Source: Candidatus Kapaibacterium sp.
GTDB lineage: Bacteria; Bacteroidota; Ignavibacteria; Kapaibacteriales; UBA2268
Length of the DNA stretch: 64,000 nt
Direction of reading: 5' to 3'
Assembly: GCA_963665665.1 (NCBI GenBank)
Contig: OY762428.1
Coordinates: 3,616,001 to 3,680,000 of the forward strand
Shown: in pieces, positions 1 through 9,903 of the stretch
Position numbering within the stretch: the stretch's first letter is position 1
How the letters are laid out: the number at the start of each line of letters is the position of its first letter
Translations under genes and position numbers: made by a program
The notes under the pieces: model-generated
Databases searched by the model: none
The model's input: the letters and a program-made list of their open reading frames with translations, nothing else
What the model was told of the DNA's origin: nothing

Positions 1-1055
1 TGGAAAAAGGACAAGAATTTTTACTCTCAAATGATGACATTTGTACTTTTTCAAGTAATTATGAAAATATTCTTTTCGATGGAGAACTGTTTTTCTGCCA
101 TTACCAGCTTGATGAAAATTGTAAGGCCACGATTTTTAACCATGACAGCAGCAGAGAGTTTACGTTCGAAATTCCCTATGATTTAATTGATAATGAATAT
201 CCTTGTGAAATTCAGGAAATACATAACCTGAGTTATACTAACGGCAAACTATTTTTTAATAATTATGCCAAAATTCTAATGTATGAATTCGATGGAAATA
301 ATTTCATCTTTAAGAAAATTTATGATGTAAATAAAATTTTTCCCAATACAAATATAAGTTATGTACCTTCGTTCAAGGTTATAAATAATGTCGTACACGG
401 CCTGATACTTGATTATAATTCCTCTAATGAATTTCATGAAAAGCCAGGGTATTTTTCTTTCGATTTGTCAAATACACTTAAAAACAAATGGGTTCAACCA
501 TTATCTATTGAAGGTTTCTATTGGACTCTGTTTCAACCACGTATTTGTATGGACGTAAATGAATCAAATCTCATCGTATCTGATATCACAAGCTACAGGA
601 TTAAAATATATGATACTAAGGGAAATATCCTGGATACCCTGACAAGAACAATTGATGATTGGCGTGCAGTAAAATATAAAAATGATGATTTCAAATATAA
701 AGAACCACGTTATTATATAAATAAATTACAGGGTGATTCGATCACAACATCGCTTATTCACCGCGTGGAATTTGTAAAGGAGGATCATATTTTAGTGTGT
801 TATTCAATTAATAGGGACAAAAAAAGCCAGGAGCTATATCAATTGTATTATGATTTATGGGAAAAGGATGGCAATTCGTGGATACTAAAATACCATGACA
901 TAAAGAATACTGATATTAATGAAGACAACTCTGATCCTGGTGCTCCAAGGCTTGATACTGGTTACTTCATTTATGGCGAAGATGTTTATAATATCCGAAA
1001 CGGATTTGATAATGATGGCAAAGCATATATTTTAAAAAGATCAATAATATTATGA
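1..1055 (+). CDS. 5'-truncated hypothetical protein, beta-propeller-like, probably secreted
   Basis: The frame of ORF 279..1055 is open from base 3, so the gene starts before the window. Motifs such as YRIKIYDTKGNILDTL are beta-propeller-like. Confidence 0.65.
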   Translation, partial: EKGQEFLLSNDDICTFSSNYENILFDGELFFCHYQLDENCKATIFNHDSSREFTFEIPYDLIDNEYPCEIQEIHNLSYTNGKLFFNNYAKILMYEFDGNNFIFKKIYDVNKIFPNTNISYVPSFKVINNVVHGLILDYNSSNEFHEKPGYFSFDLSNTLKNKWVQPLSIEGFYWTLFQPRICMDVNESNLIVSDITSYRIKIYDTKGNILDTLTRTIDDWRAVKYKNDDFKYKEPRYYINKLQGDSITTSLIHRVEFVKEDHILVCYSINRDKKSQELYQLYYDLWEKDGNSWILKYHDIKNTDINEDNSDPGAPRLDTGYFIYGEDVYNIRNGFDNDGKAYILKRSIIL

Positions 1056-1524
1056 CAATACATAGACTATATGTTTTGTTTTTTATCTTAATGGTTTGTT
1101 CAAATAACACATTGTTCGATCAAAATTTGAATGATGTTCAATTTAAAAATTACAATAACACTGTTTTCATTGTTTGTGATAATTTGTTTTGCAAGGATTG
1201 CTTGTATAATCTGAACAAAGTACAGCATATTTGGCGAAATAATTATAAAACAGTTCTAATTACCAAAGCCAAGAAGGATAAAAAAACGATATACGGAATA
1301 TCAAAATTTTTCAGAAAACAATTGCATTTTGACGAAATACTATTTATCGAAGGAGAAAGATATTTTGGATTCAGCACATTATGTATTGATAAATATGAAT
1401 TCAGGCAAACTCCGGGTTTAATCGTGAAAATAATGATACCTGCTTTTCGGTAGATTACGAAATGATTTTTGGTGGCAATTATGATACATTGTCTCTGAAG
1501 AAAAAACTTCAAAAATATTTTTAA
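1052..1524 (+). pseudogene. Thioredoxin-fold (CxxC) exported protein, apparently frameshifted near 1427-1430
   Basis: Signal-like N-terminus, CKDC motif and TP cis-Pro motif. ORF 1052..1453 ends early, while another frame continues NNDTCFSVDYEMIFGGNYDTLSLKKKLQKYF* to 1524. Confidence 0.5.
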
Positions 1525-1535
1525 ACCCCGATGAT

Positions 1536-1606
1536 GCGGCACTACCCTGAGCGGGAAGTTTGTGAAGGAGTGAGGATAGATAGAAAACATCCGATGGCTT
1601 GAAGCC
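1536..1606 (+). repeat. 71-bp direct repeat, copy 1 (orphan copy of a T9SS gene 3' end)
   Basis: Identical to 6645-6715 (gcggcactaccctgagcggg...catccgatggcttgaagcc). Confidence 0.95.
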
Positions 1607-1941
1607 GCTGGTTGGATACGGCTAAATCCAATTGCCCCATAGCAATATAGCATTAAAAAAAATAATAAAAAATCTATTTTTTTTTTGATTTTCAGATAAT
1701 TTTGTATATTGGGTTCATCGAATTAGAAGAACAAGACAAACAGGGAAATATACCAGTTGCCGGGTAGTATTCGTGTGCTAATTAATTGATATTAAAAGTT
1801 TAGAAATACTTTTGGGGAGGCTTATGTAAGAAGAAAAAAGAAAATAATAACCGACGGCCGGAAGCCGCCGGCTCATCGACGCGGAATAGCAGTTCCGCAT
1901 GATATTGTATTAGATATTTTAATTTAATGAAAGTTTTTGAA

Positions 1942-4326
1942 ATGAAAAAATTTAGTTTGTTAGTTCTATTTTGGATAGTATTTTTTATCACCAATTTAAA
2001 TGCTGAATACGCTTTGGATTCAACACTAATTTCTGTACAGCCAATTGAAATTTCAAGTCCCCCTAATCCTCAAATTGGAGATACAATTACAATTTCAGCA
2101 AAATTTAAATCTGAAAAATGCACAAATGCTCATAGTGTTTTTATTTTTTCTGAAAATATTAAGCCTGTATCATATCAGGGAGATTCATTGTTTTTATATG
2201 AAAATATTTATTTAGATTCAGGAGTAGTATATACAAAATCGTATGATGTAATCTTAAATAGCGTCGGAATTAGTAGTATTTCATTGGGAGCCAGTTTGCC
2301 AAGTACCTCATTTGCTCCTCACCAAAATGATATTCAAAACAGAATTATAAAAGCAGATATGTCAGGAATGTTTAGTTGGACTTTTAGTGATAATGATTTT
2401 TTAGGAGATACATATACTGAAGATATTGATCCAAATTGGCCGGGACTTACTGGAATTCCTAATAGAAGAATTGTTTACAGGGGGGCTGCAAAATTTATAG
2501 ATGTCAATGGGGATAATTACAGAAGACCATACTATCGATATAAATCAGCTTATACAATAGCCCGAATTTGGTTTAAATTACCAAATGACAATACTCTTTA
2601 TCATCCTGTACCACTAAGCAATGGAGAATATATTGAAGGGGTACATTATGCAAAATGTGACGATAATGGAAATTTTGAATTTGATATATCATTTGATAAA
2701 GATTTCCCAGTATCAGATGGAGTAAAAATTGTCATAATGATACAAAAAAACAATGAAGCTATTAACCTTGAAAGCGGAACAGGACATTATGAAGTTAATT
2801 TAGATGATGGATTATCAACAATTTTAAATTTAATGTATAACTTTCAGGAATTTGATGTTAATACTTATCAAAATGAACAATATTTTTTAAAGAATGATTG
2901 GCCGGATGTTGACCAAGACAACTCATTATTTAAAATACATTGGGCTGATGGACCAGCGTTGAGATATTGCACTTTGTCAAGAAGATTCGTAAAAGAAAGA
3001 TTTGATGTTCAAGATTATAGTCAACTTCCGTTCAGTTTACCGACTGAGGATGTAGTAATTTATAAGAATTATCCGTTTGCAGGTAAATATAATAATAGAA
3101 CTAATTGGAGTGGACCGATACATTTTAAATATAATAAACAGACAATTATGGTTGTTTCTCATGAATATGGACATTATGTTGATCATGCAATGGATGATTT
3201 TTATTTTGTGGGTAATCCTGAAAATACAGAGGGATTTGCTATGTTTTTCTCTGCGGCAGTTGCAGCTTATTGTAATAATAAGTTCGGTGATGATTTTGGA
3301 TTTATAGATAATTGTGAAATGGCTCCATTTTATTACGTTACGTGGGATTCTGATCCGTCAAATTCCGTAAGATTTGGCAATATGAATAAAACATTAAGTA
3401 ATGTTAATATGTCAAAATTCGCATCTTATCTTTGGCAAGTATATGATAGTAAAAATGATGGATATTTTATGGCAAATTCTTACTTTGGATGCCAAGATGA
3501 TATTAATGGTTATAATAATGACGATTTTGAAAATTTTGGGAAACAATTGTTTGAAATCTGGATAGATTATCCTAATGGGTATGCTATAAATTTTCATAAT
3601 TATTTAAAGAATAGATTACTTACACAAGATGAACAAGATGCGCTTGACAGGATATATGAATGTATGGATTTTGATAATGATGGTGTTTTTGGAAATATTT
3701 ATCCTACTCAACCAAAAGATATATCTTATCAAAATATTGATGTAAATAATTATCAAATAATGTGGGAAAGTGGATCTTATGAGAATGCCTCATATTCAAG
3801 AGTTGACAGAGGGATTTCCTCTGGTCAGGCTAATTTCAGAAATTTTGAAGATGGATATGTAATTGAAGAATTTGACAATGGAAATTATATTTTTAGTAGT
3901 TCATATTCTATTTTAGATAATAATTCAGTTGATTTAAACAAAAATTCGGCATACAGATTAAGTTCTATTTCATCTGTCAATTCTAATACTTCATTATTTC
4001 CAATTTCACTAGAATGTCCATTCCCAAAAACGAGATATTGTGATTTTTCTTTTGATGTAGCAAAGGATATTGTAAAACCAAACCCGGTAATTGATAATTG
4101 TAGCTTAATTTTAAATTTGAAATCAGTCAGTTATGTTCGGATTTTATTATATAACAATCAAGATTTTGTATCAGAAATTTATTCCGGAACACCGATACAA
4201 ATCAATAATGAAGTCAATATTAATTGTAATAAATTTGCCTCTGGATGTTATTTCTTTGTTATTGAGAAATATTATCAAAGCAATGATAAAAAGACTAATG
4301 ATATTATAAAGTTTGTTAAGTTATAA
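1942..4326 (+). CDS. Secreted zinc metallopeptidase-like protein with T9SS type A sorting domain
   Basis: Signal peptide MKKFSLLVLF...LNA; HEYGH followed by NTEGFA (gluzincin-like); C-terminal PNPV...SGCYFF...IIKFVKL. Confidence 0.75.
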   Translation: MKKFSLLVLFWIVFFITNLNAEYALDSTLISVQPIEISSPPNPQIGDTITISAKFKSEKCTNAHSVFIFSENIKPVSYQGDSLFLYENIYLDSGVVYTKSYDVILNSVGISSISLGASLPSTSFAPHQNDIQNRIIKADMSGMFSWTFSDNDFLGDTYTEDIDPNWPGLTGIPNRRIVYRGAAKFIDVNGDNYRRPYYRYKSAYTIARIWFKLPNDNTLYHPVPLSNGEYIEGVHYAKCDDNGNFEFDISFDKDFPVSDGVKIVIMIQKNNEAINLESGTGHYEVNLDDGLSTILNLMYNFQEFDVNTYQNEQYFLKNDWPDVDQDNSLFKIHWADGPALRYCTLSRRFVKERFDVQDYSQLPFSLPTEDVVIYKNYPFAGKYNNRTNWSGPIHFKYNKQTIMVVSHEYGHYVDHAMDDFYFVGNPENTEGFAMFFSAAVAAYCNNKFGDDFGFIDNCEMAPFYYVTWDSDPSNSVRFGNMNKTLSNVNMSKFASYLWQVYDSKNDGYFMANSYFGCQDDINGYNNDDFENFGKQLFEIWIDYPNGYAINFHNYLKNRLLTQDEQDALDRIYECMDFDNDGVFGNIYPTQPKDISYQNIDVNNYQIMWESGSYENASYSRVDRGISSGQANFRNFEDGYVIEEFDNGNYIFSSSYSILDNNSVDLNKNSAYRLSSISSVNSNTSLFPISLECPFPKTRYCDFSFDVAKDIVKPNPVIDNCSLILNLKSVSYVRILLYNNQDFVSEIYSGTPIQINNEVNINCNKFASGCYFFVIEKYYQSNDKKTNDIIKFVKL

Positions 4327-4342
4327 TTATTTGAGGATTTTT

Positions 4343-6682
4343 ATGAAAAAAATAATCATTTTTTTAATTTTAATTCAAATAAATCACCTTGCTGCCGGGA
4401 CATTCGTTCCCAACCGGGGGCAGTGGCCCGGAGAAGTTAGATTTATGGCTGAGACAAATGGCGCTAATGCCTGGTATACTGATGCAGGAGTTGTTTATGA
4501 TTTCCATACTGATATTATAACTGATGATAGCATAGTTGTAAGAAAAGGGCATGTTGTCGGAATGAGATTCATTGAAAATGAAAGAATTGTCAGTTTGGAG
4601 AAACATGAAGGAAGAATAGCAACCGGCTCCAAAAATAATTATTTCATTGGTTTTGACAGAACTAAATGGCAAACGAATGTGCCAGTTTATAAAGAATTGA
4701 ATTTTTCTATTTTTTCGGCCACTGCACGCTTTTATACAGAAGATGAATTTTTAAGATACGACATAGTTATTCCTGCCGGAGTATGCCCAGAAAATTACAG
4801 CCTTGAATTTTCCGGTCAAAAATCAATTGATCTTATCAATAACGAAATAATACTTGAAACATCAATTGGCAAAATAATCAACTCTAAAATGAAAACCTAC
4901 CAGTTAAAAGACGGTAGGAAAATTCCTGTTGACTGTCGAATTGTCTTTGATAAAAAAAACAGAATAAAATTTATTCCAGGAAATTATGACCCATCACGAG
5001 ATCTAATAATTGACCCTCTATTATTTTGCTCTTTTGTTGGTGGTTCTTCAAACGAGTATATGAGTAAAGGCTTTACCATGAATAACGATAGAAACGCCGT
5101 GTTTACCGGAATGACCAGTTCTTCAGATTTCCCGAGAAGCGAGGGAGCTTATCAAAGCGAATATAAAAACGGGAATAATTATTGTTTTATAACAAAAATT
5201 GATACAGATAATGAAAAACTATTATTTTCGACATTTTATGGTTCAGGTAAATATGAATGCGGAGAAGAAATTCAATTCGATGACGCAGGTAATATTATTG
5301 TAATTGGGACGACGCAAAATCTAATTCCAGTTACAGAAAATGCCTACCAAAAAGCATATGGTGGAAATATTGATAATTTCATTTGCAAATTCACTCCTTC
5401 CGGCGATAGCCTTATTTTTTCAACAATGCTCGGAGGTTGCGATGCAGATATAAGTTCCCCATTCTTTTGGATTGATGGAGACAATAGTATTACAATTATT
5501 GGAACCAGTAAATCTCATGATTATCCTGTAACAACTGATGCAATACAGAAAGTATGGCCTGAGAATGCAATTACTCAGGGAGTTATTACAAAAATTTCTG
5601 CCGATGGTTCAGAACTAATTTATTCTTCTTTCCTGGGTAATTGCCTGGAAACAGTAATCACTGGCGCTGATATAAATGAAAGCGGGGAAATATATATTGG
5701 CGGTTGGCAAAGAGGGGATGGTTTTCCGGTTACAAAAAATGCTATCCGGAATGAAATAGAATATGAAAATGAAAAATTCTTAGTAAAAATCAATTCAGAC
5801 CTTGATAGTATATTATATTCCACTTATTTATATAATGACCAAATCTATGGAATAGAACAAATTAAATGTTCTAAAAATAATGAAGTATATCAGATATTAA
5901 ATTCTGAAAAAAGTGGATATTCAGCTACGGATACTATTAGTGTAATGAGTTTGAATGGCCCAAGAAATACAAAACTATTAAATAAATTTATTGATATTCC
6001 AAATAATATGGAACGCGAGATTCTTCTTGGTATGATGGGAAGTGCTGATGTTACAGATATTGAAATTGATAGAAAGGGTAATTTATACTTATCTACAAAT
6101 AGTATAAATGATACCCGTGATTTTTCAACTTCAAATGCATTGCAAAATGGATATGAGGTTTGGGCAGGCGGAGGTTTATATATTATTGATAATGAGTTGA
6201 AATATTTTAGGCTGGCCTCATATTTTGGTAATGATACAGAGGATTGTTCCACAGACATTAGATGTATTAAAATTGTTGATGAATATGATTTCTATTTTGC
6301 AGGGCTAACCCAGGGTACATTACCAATTACTAGTGATGTAGGCGGGATAAATGGAAAAATGAAAAGTTCTGTTTTTTTAGCAAGAGCTGTAATTGAACCT
6401 TTGAAAGTTGAAGAAATAGGATTTAACGGAGTTCAAAATAATATTTCTTTATATCCAAATCCGGCAAAAAGTGAAATAACAATAAAGCCTGAAAAAGAAC
6501 TAAACGGCCTTGCTGAAATCAGCATCAATGATATGGAAGGGAAAATCGTTCTTAGCAAAACAGAATATATAATTTCCGGAAATGAAATAAACTTAGATGT
6601 TTCCATGATTCCAGCAGGTGCTTATGTTGTATCTGTCACCAGCGGCGGCACTACCCTGAGCGGGAAGTTTGTGAAGGAGTGA
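4343..6682 (+). CDS. SBBP beta-propeller repeat protein with T9SS type A sorting domain
   Basis: FVPNRGQW N-terminal domain, LIIDP hinge, repeated GxTxSxDFP and (Y/F)ST(F/Y)xG motifs, C-terminal LYPNPA...GAYVV...KFVKE. SD gagga lies before ATG 4343. Confidence 0.9.
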   Translation: MKKIIIFLILIQINHLAAGTFVPNRGQWPGEVRFMAETNGANAWYTDAGVVYDFHTDIITDDSIVVRKGHVVGMRFIENERIVSLEKHEGRIATGSKNNYFIGFDRTKWQTNVPVYKELNFSIFSATARFYTEDEFLRYDIVIPAGVCPENYSLEFSGQKSIDLINNEIILETSIGKIINSKMKTYQLKDGRKIPVDCRIVFDKKNRIKFIPGNYDPSRDLIIDPLLFCSFVGGSSNEYMSKGFTMNNDRNAVFTGMTSSSDFPRSEGAYQSEYKNGNNYCFITKIDTDNEKLLFSTFYGSGKYECGEEIQFDDAGNIIVIGTTQNLIPVTENAYQKAYGGNIDNFICKFTPSGDSLIFSTMLGGCDADISSPFFWIDGDNSITIIGTSKSHDYPVTTDAIQKVWPENAITQGVITKISADGSELIYSSFLGNCLETVITGADINESGEIYIGGWQRGDGFPVTKNAIRNEIEYENEKFLVKINSDLDSILYSTYLYNDQIYGIEQIKCSKNNEVYQILNSEKSGYSATDTISVMSLNGPRNTKLLNKFIDIPNNMEREILLGMMGSADVTDIEIDRKGNLYLSTNSINDTRDFSTSNALQNGYEVWAGGGLYIIDNELKYFRLASYFGNDTEDCSTDIRCIKIVDEYDFYFAGLTQGTLPITSDVGGINGKMKSSVFLARAVIEPLKVEEIGFNGVQNNISLYPNPAKSEITIKPEKELNGLAEISINDMEGKIVLSKTEYIISGNEINLDVSMIPAGAYVVSVTSGGTTLSGKFVKE

Positions 6683-6715
6683 GGATAGATAGAAAACATC
6701 CGATGGCTTGAAGCC
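6645..6715 (+). repeat. 71-bp direct repeat, copy 2, running into palindrome catccgatggctt-g-aagccatcggatg (6697-6723)
   Basis: Direct comparison with 1536-1606; perfect 13-bp inverted repeat between convergent genes. Confidence 0.95.
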
Positions 6716-6751
6716 ATCGGATGAATAAAAAATCAGGGAAAATTTGATTAT

Positions 6752-7654
6752 CTAAATCATTTTCATTGTGAAATCAACGAGGTTTTTATACATAATTTTT
6801 TCAACCTGTTCCTCGCTGAGTTTAAGGTCTTCGCGCAGGATGTTTTCAACATCAGGGTATTCGCTGACATCGCTGAAAGGCGTTTTATCCATTCCGTCGA
6901 AATCGGCGCCAAGGCCAAGAGTATTTTCAGCGCCCATCTCCATGAAATGCTCAACATGCCTTGCAAATGCTTTCCTAATTTCATTCCTGTCTTCAGAATC
7001 TGAAATAAATATAGAGTAAAAATTCAAGCCAATAAATCCGCCCCGGTTGATTATTTCTTTTGCCTGATCGTCATATAAATTTCGAGGGTGGTCAAATATC
7101 CGGCGGGAATTTGAATGGCTCGCTGCAAAGGGCACCCTGGCTGTTTTTACCACATCGTCGAACCCGGCATTATTAATATGGGAAACATCGATTATCATTC
7201 TGAGTTTTTCCATTTCCTCCACCACCTCCCTGCCGAAAGTAGTCAGCCCGAAGGGATTATCAACTCCGTCGGCTACGAAATTCCTGTGGTTCCAGGTAAG
7301 TGTCATGGCTCTGACGCCAAGCTGGTAAAAGGCATATAAGTTACTGATATTATCTATAATCGGCGTTGCGCCTTCGAGCGAAAGTATCACGTTAACTTTG
7401 TTTTCGTCAAAATCTTCAGGCCTGCCAAGATGCTGAATCCTTTCATCTTTCTTCCGCCAGAAATTACCAATGCAGGAGGCGGCTTCCCTGAATGCAGTAT
7501 CGCCGTGTGAAGGCGGCAACACGCATACGGCAAAATATTGCAAAATACCGTTAACTTTATTAAATTTTTCAAGGTTCCAATGAGCATCCTTTTTATCGAA
7601 AGGGGTGTCGATAAACTTTAAAATAGTATCGCAGTGAGCATCTGCAACTTTCAT
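6752..7654 (-). CDS. Membrane dipeptidase (peptidase family M19)
   Basis: DAHCD, LSLEG, LTWN, IIDVSH, ASHSN, HPRN and GADFDG motifs. Confidence 0.93.
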   Translation of the reverse strand: MKVADAHCDTILKFIDTPFDKKDAHWNLEKFNKVNGILQYFAVCVLPPSHGDTAFREAASCIGNFWRKKDERIQHLGRPEDFDENKVNVILSLEGATPIIDNISNLYAFYQLGVRAMTLTWNHRNFVADGVDNPFGLTTFGREVVEEMEKLRMIIDVSHINNAGFDDVVKTARVPFAASHSNSRRIFDHPRNLYDDQAKEIINRGGFIGLNFYSIFISDSEDRNEIRKAFARHVEHFMEMGAENTLGLGADFDGMDKTPFSDVSEYPDVENILREDLKLSEEQVEKIMYKNLVDFTMKMI

Positions 7655-7688
7655 AATTTTATTCTCTCCGTTGTTACGTTAATTTCAT

Positions 7689-8129
7689 TTACCATTCCCA
7701 TGTTGCGATCTTACCTTCAAAAACAGACGGGGTATTTCCGAAAGTATCGGTATATTCACAACTGATATTAATGAAACCCGGGGTTGGATCAACTGGAGGG
7801 ACGAATAACAATTTTTTTATTGAAATTTTTTGCTGGCCGGACTGAAAATCCCCTGCAAAATAATTATTCGATGAATTCAGGTGCAGGGTAACAAACTCGC
7901 CTGTGTTATTAGATATTATCAGGTCGGCCTGCCTGTTCCCTTCGCCCTTTATATGAACTTCGGTTTTAATATCATTTCCAATTTGCATAATTATAGGCGA
8001 TTCCAGCATGGTAGCGGCTGCATCAGAAATTTTGTTTTCTTCTGTATCATTTGTTTCCAACAAGAAAAACATAAAGAAAGCTATACCGATAATAACGAGA
8101 AGCAGGGCGATTAATCTTCTTGAATCCAT
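7689..8129 (-). CDS. Hypothetical membrane-anchored protein
   Basis: 146-aa ORF with an N-terminal transmembrane helix. Confidence 0.7.
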   Translation of the reverse strand: MDSRRLIALLLVIIGIAFFMFFLLETNDTEENKISDAAATMLESPIIMQIGNDIKTEVHIKGEGNRQADLIISNNTGEFVTLHLNSSNNYFAGDFQSGQQKISIKKLLFVPPVDPTPGFINISCEYTDTFGNTPSVFEGKIATWEW

Positions 8130-8321
8130 TTTTTACGTCTCATATTCTTTTAGAATCATATTCCATTCAGTAATATAGTAAAATATTTTTGCATGATAAA
8201 ATGCTTAAATTACAATTTTTCTATATTTGCTAATAATATGCCACGCTAATAATTATAATCACGTGAAAATTCATTAAATTTGTATAAAAGGAAATTATAC
8301 ATTGAATCTAAGGAATGAATA

Positions 8322-9407
8322 ATGCAGATAGGAATAATTGGACTTCCGTATTCAGGAAAAACAACACTTTTCCAGACTCTTACAGGAACGCTTCTCGGCC
8401 CCGATGCCGTTCAAAAAAGGGATGCCAACCAGGCTGTGGTGAAAGTACCTGATGCCAGGCTTGATGCACTGACGGAAATATTTAACCCCAAAAAGAAAGT
8501 TAATGCAGTTATAGATTTTGTTGATTTTGCCGGTGTACAAAAGGGCGACAGCGCCGGTTCGGCATTCAACAGCCAGTTCATGGCAAAAGTAAAAACCAAC
8601 GATGCCATCCTTCACGTGGCAAGGGGCTTCGAGGATGACGCAGTTCCGCATATCGAAGGAAATGTAAATCTGATCAGGGATATAAGAACCCTGGAAGAAG
8701 AGTTTATATTTGCCGATATGGCTTTCGTGGAATCAAGGCTGGAAAAGCTGGCAAAAGACCTTAAAAAACCTAAAGACAGGGATAAAGTACAGAAAGAAAT
8801 TGATATTATGAAACGCTGGCAGGCCGAACTTGAAAATGAAACACCCCTTAGGGAAGTTGAAATGAGTGATGAGGAGCAATTACTTATTAAAAACTATGCC
8901 CCTCTTTCTGCCAAGCCCCTGCTGATAGCGCTAAACCTGAGTGAAGACGATGTTGCTAAGGCAGAGGAAATTCAGAATAAAGTAAAAGAAGAGATTAAAG
9001 GCAAAAACGTTGCAGTTGAGCCTTTCTTTGCAAAAATTGAAATGGAACTTCTGCAGCTTTCCGATGATGAAAAAGAAATGTTCATGGAAGAATACGGCTT
9101 GACGGATTCGCCACTCAGCAGGCTGCTTCGCAGCGCTTATGCCCTTCTTGGCCTTCAGTCATTCTTTACCGTTGGCGAAGACGAGTGCCGCGCATGGACA
9201 ATCAGGAAAGGCATGAACGCTCAGGAATCTTCCGGGGTTATTCATACTGATTTTTATAACAAATTTATTCGTGCCGAAGTCGTCTCCTATAATGATTTCA
9301 TGGAACACAAATCCATGCAGGCTTGCAAAGAAAAGGGCCTTTTCAGGCTGGAAGGTAAAGAATATATTGTAAACGACGGAGATATTATAAATGTCAGACA
9401 CGGGTAA
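8322..9407 (+). CDS. ychF: Redox-regulated ATPase YchF (Obg family)
   Basis: GLPYSGKTT, DFAG, FFTVGEDECRAWTI, IHTDF and RLEGKEYIVNDGDI motifs. Confidence 0.97.
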   Translation: MQIGIIGLPYSGKTTLFQTLTGTLLGPDAVQKRDANQAVVKVPDARLDALTEIFNPKKKVNAVIDFVDFAGVQKGDSAGSAFNSQFMAKVKTNDAILHVARGFEDDAVPHIEGNVNLIRDIRTLEEEFIFADMAFVESRLEKLAKDLKKPKDRDKVQKEIDIMKRWQAELENETPLREVEMSDEEQLLIKNYAPLSAKPLLIALNLSEDDVAKAEEIQNKVKEEIKGKNVAVEPFFAKIEMELLQLSDDEKEMFMEEYGLTDSPLSRLLRSAYALLGLQSFFTVGEDECRAWTIRKGMNAQESSGVIHTDFYNKFIRAEVVSYNDFMEHKSMQACKEKGLFRLEGKEYIVNDGDIINVRHG

Positions 9408-9903
9408 ATTTTCGAAATATAGTTTAATAATTTCCTTTCTGTTTTTATTTTTATTATCCAATCTTCATTCAGAAGAAAAGGAAATAATTCCCGATGGTTT
9501 TACCGCCGATTTCCCGGGAAAGCTCCTTAGGTTCGACCGTGACGACGAACTTGATGAAACATCCGACCTTCTGATCTATACTACAAGGGATAAAGAAACT
9601 GCTGAATCTTATACCGTTACGGTAATAAATTTCAAAGATAAAATAGACAGCCTTGAGCAGTACAACAAAGCAATTGAAGAATACAAACTGAAATGGAAAC
9701 TATCCGGAACCATTACACCCGACAGGCCCGATATTTTATATTTCACCGGCAAGGGCAATATGTTCTTCTTCCTGAAAATTGTAATCACAGAAAAAACCTT
9801 ATATGAAATTAGCGTTTATGGCTATAGGAACGATTACGGCCCCGAAAGGAAGCTGAAATTTTTTGACTCATTTGAAATCATTGATAAAGACGACAAGGAA
9901 TGA
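9391..9903 (+). CDS. Hypothetical exported protein
   Basis: Signal peptide; coupled to both neighbours; C-terminal KFFDSFEI. Confidence 0.7.
   Translation: MSDTGKFSKYSLIISFLFLFLLSNLHSEEKEIIPDGFTADFPGKLLRFDRDDELDETSDLLIYTTRDKETAESYTVTVINFKDKIDSLEQYNKAIEEYKLKWKLSGTITPDRPDILYFTGKGNMFFFLKIVITEKTLYEISVYGYRNDYGPERKLKFFDSFEIIDKDDKE

Noticed and set aside
1536-6715. DGR template/variable repeat pair or integron attC sites
   Set aside because: The copies are identical with no adenine-specific differences. No reverse transcriptase or integrase is in the window, and no attC core sites are evident.
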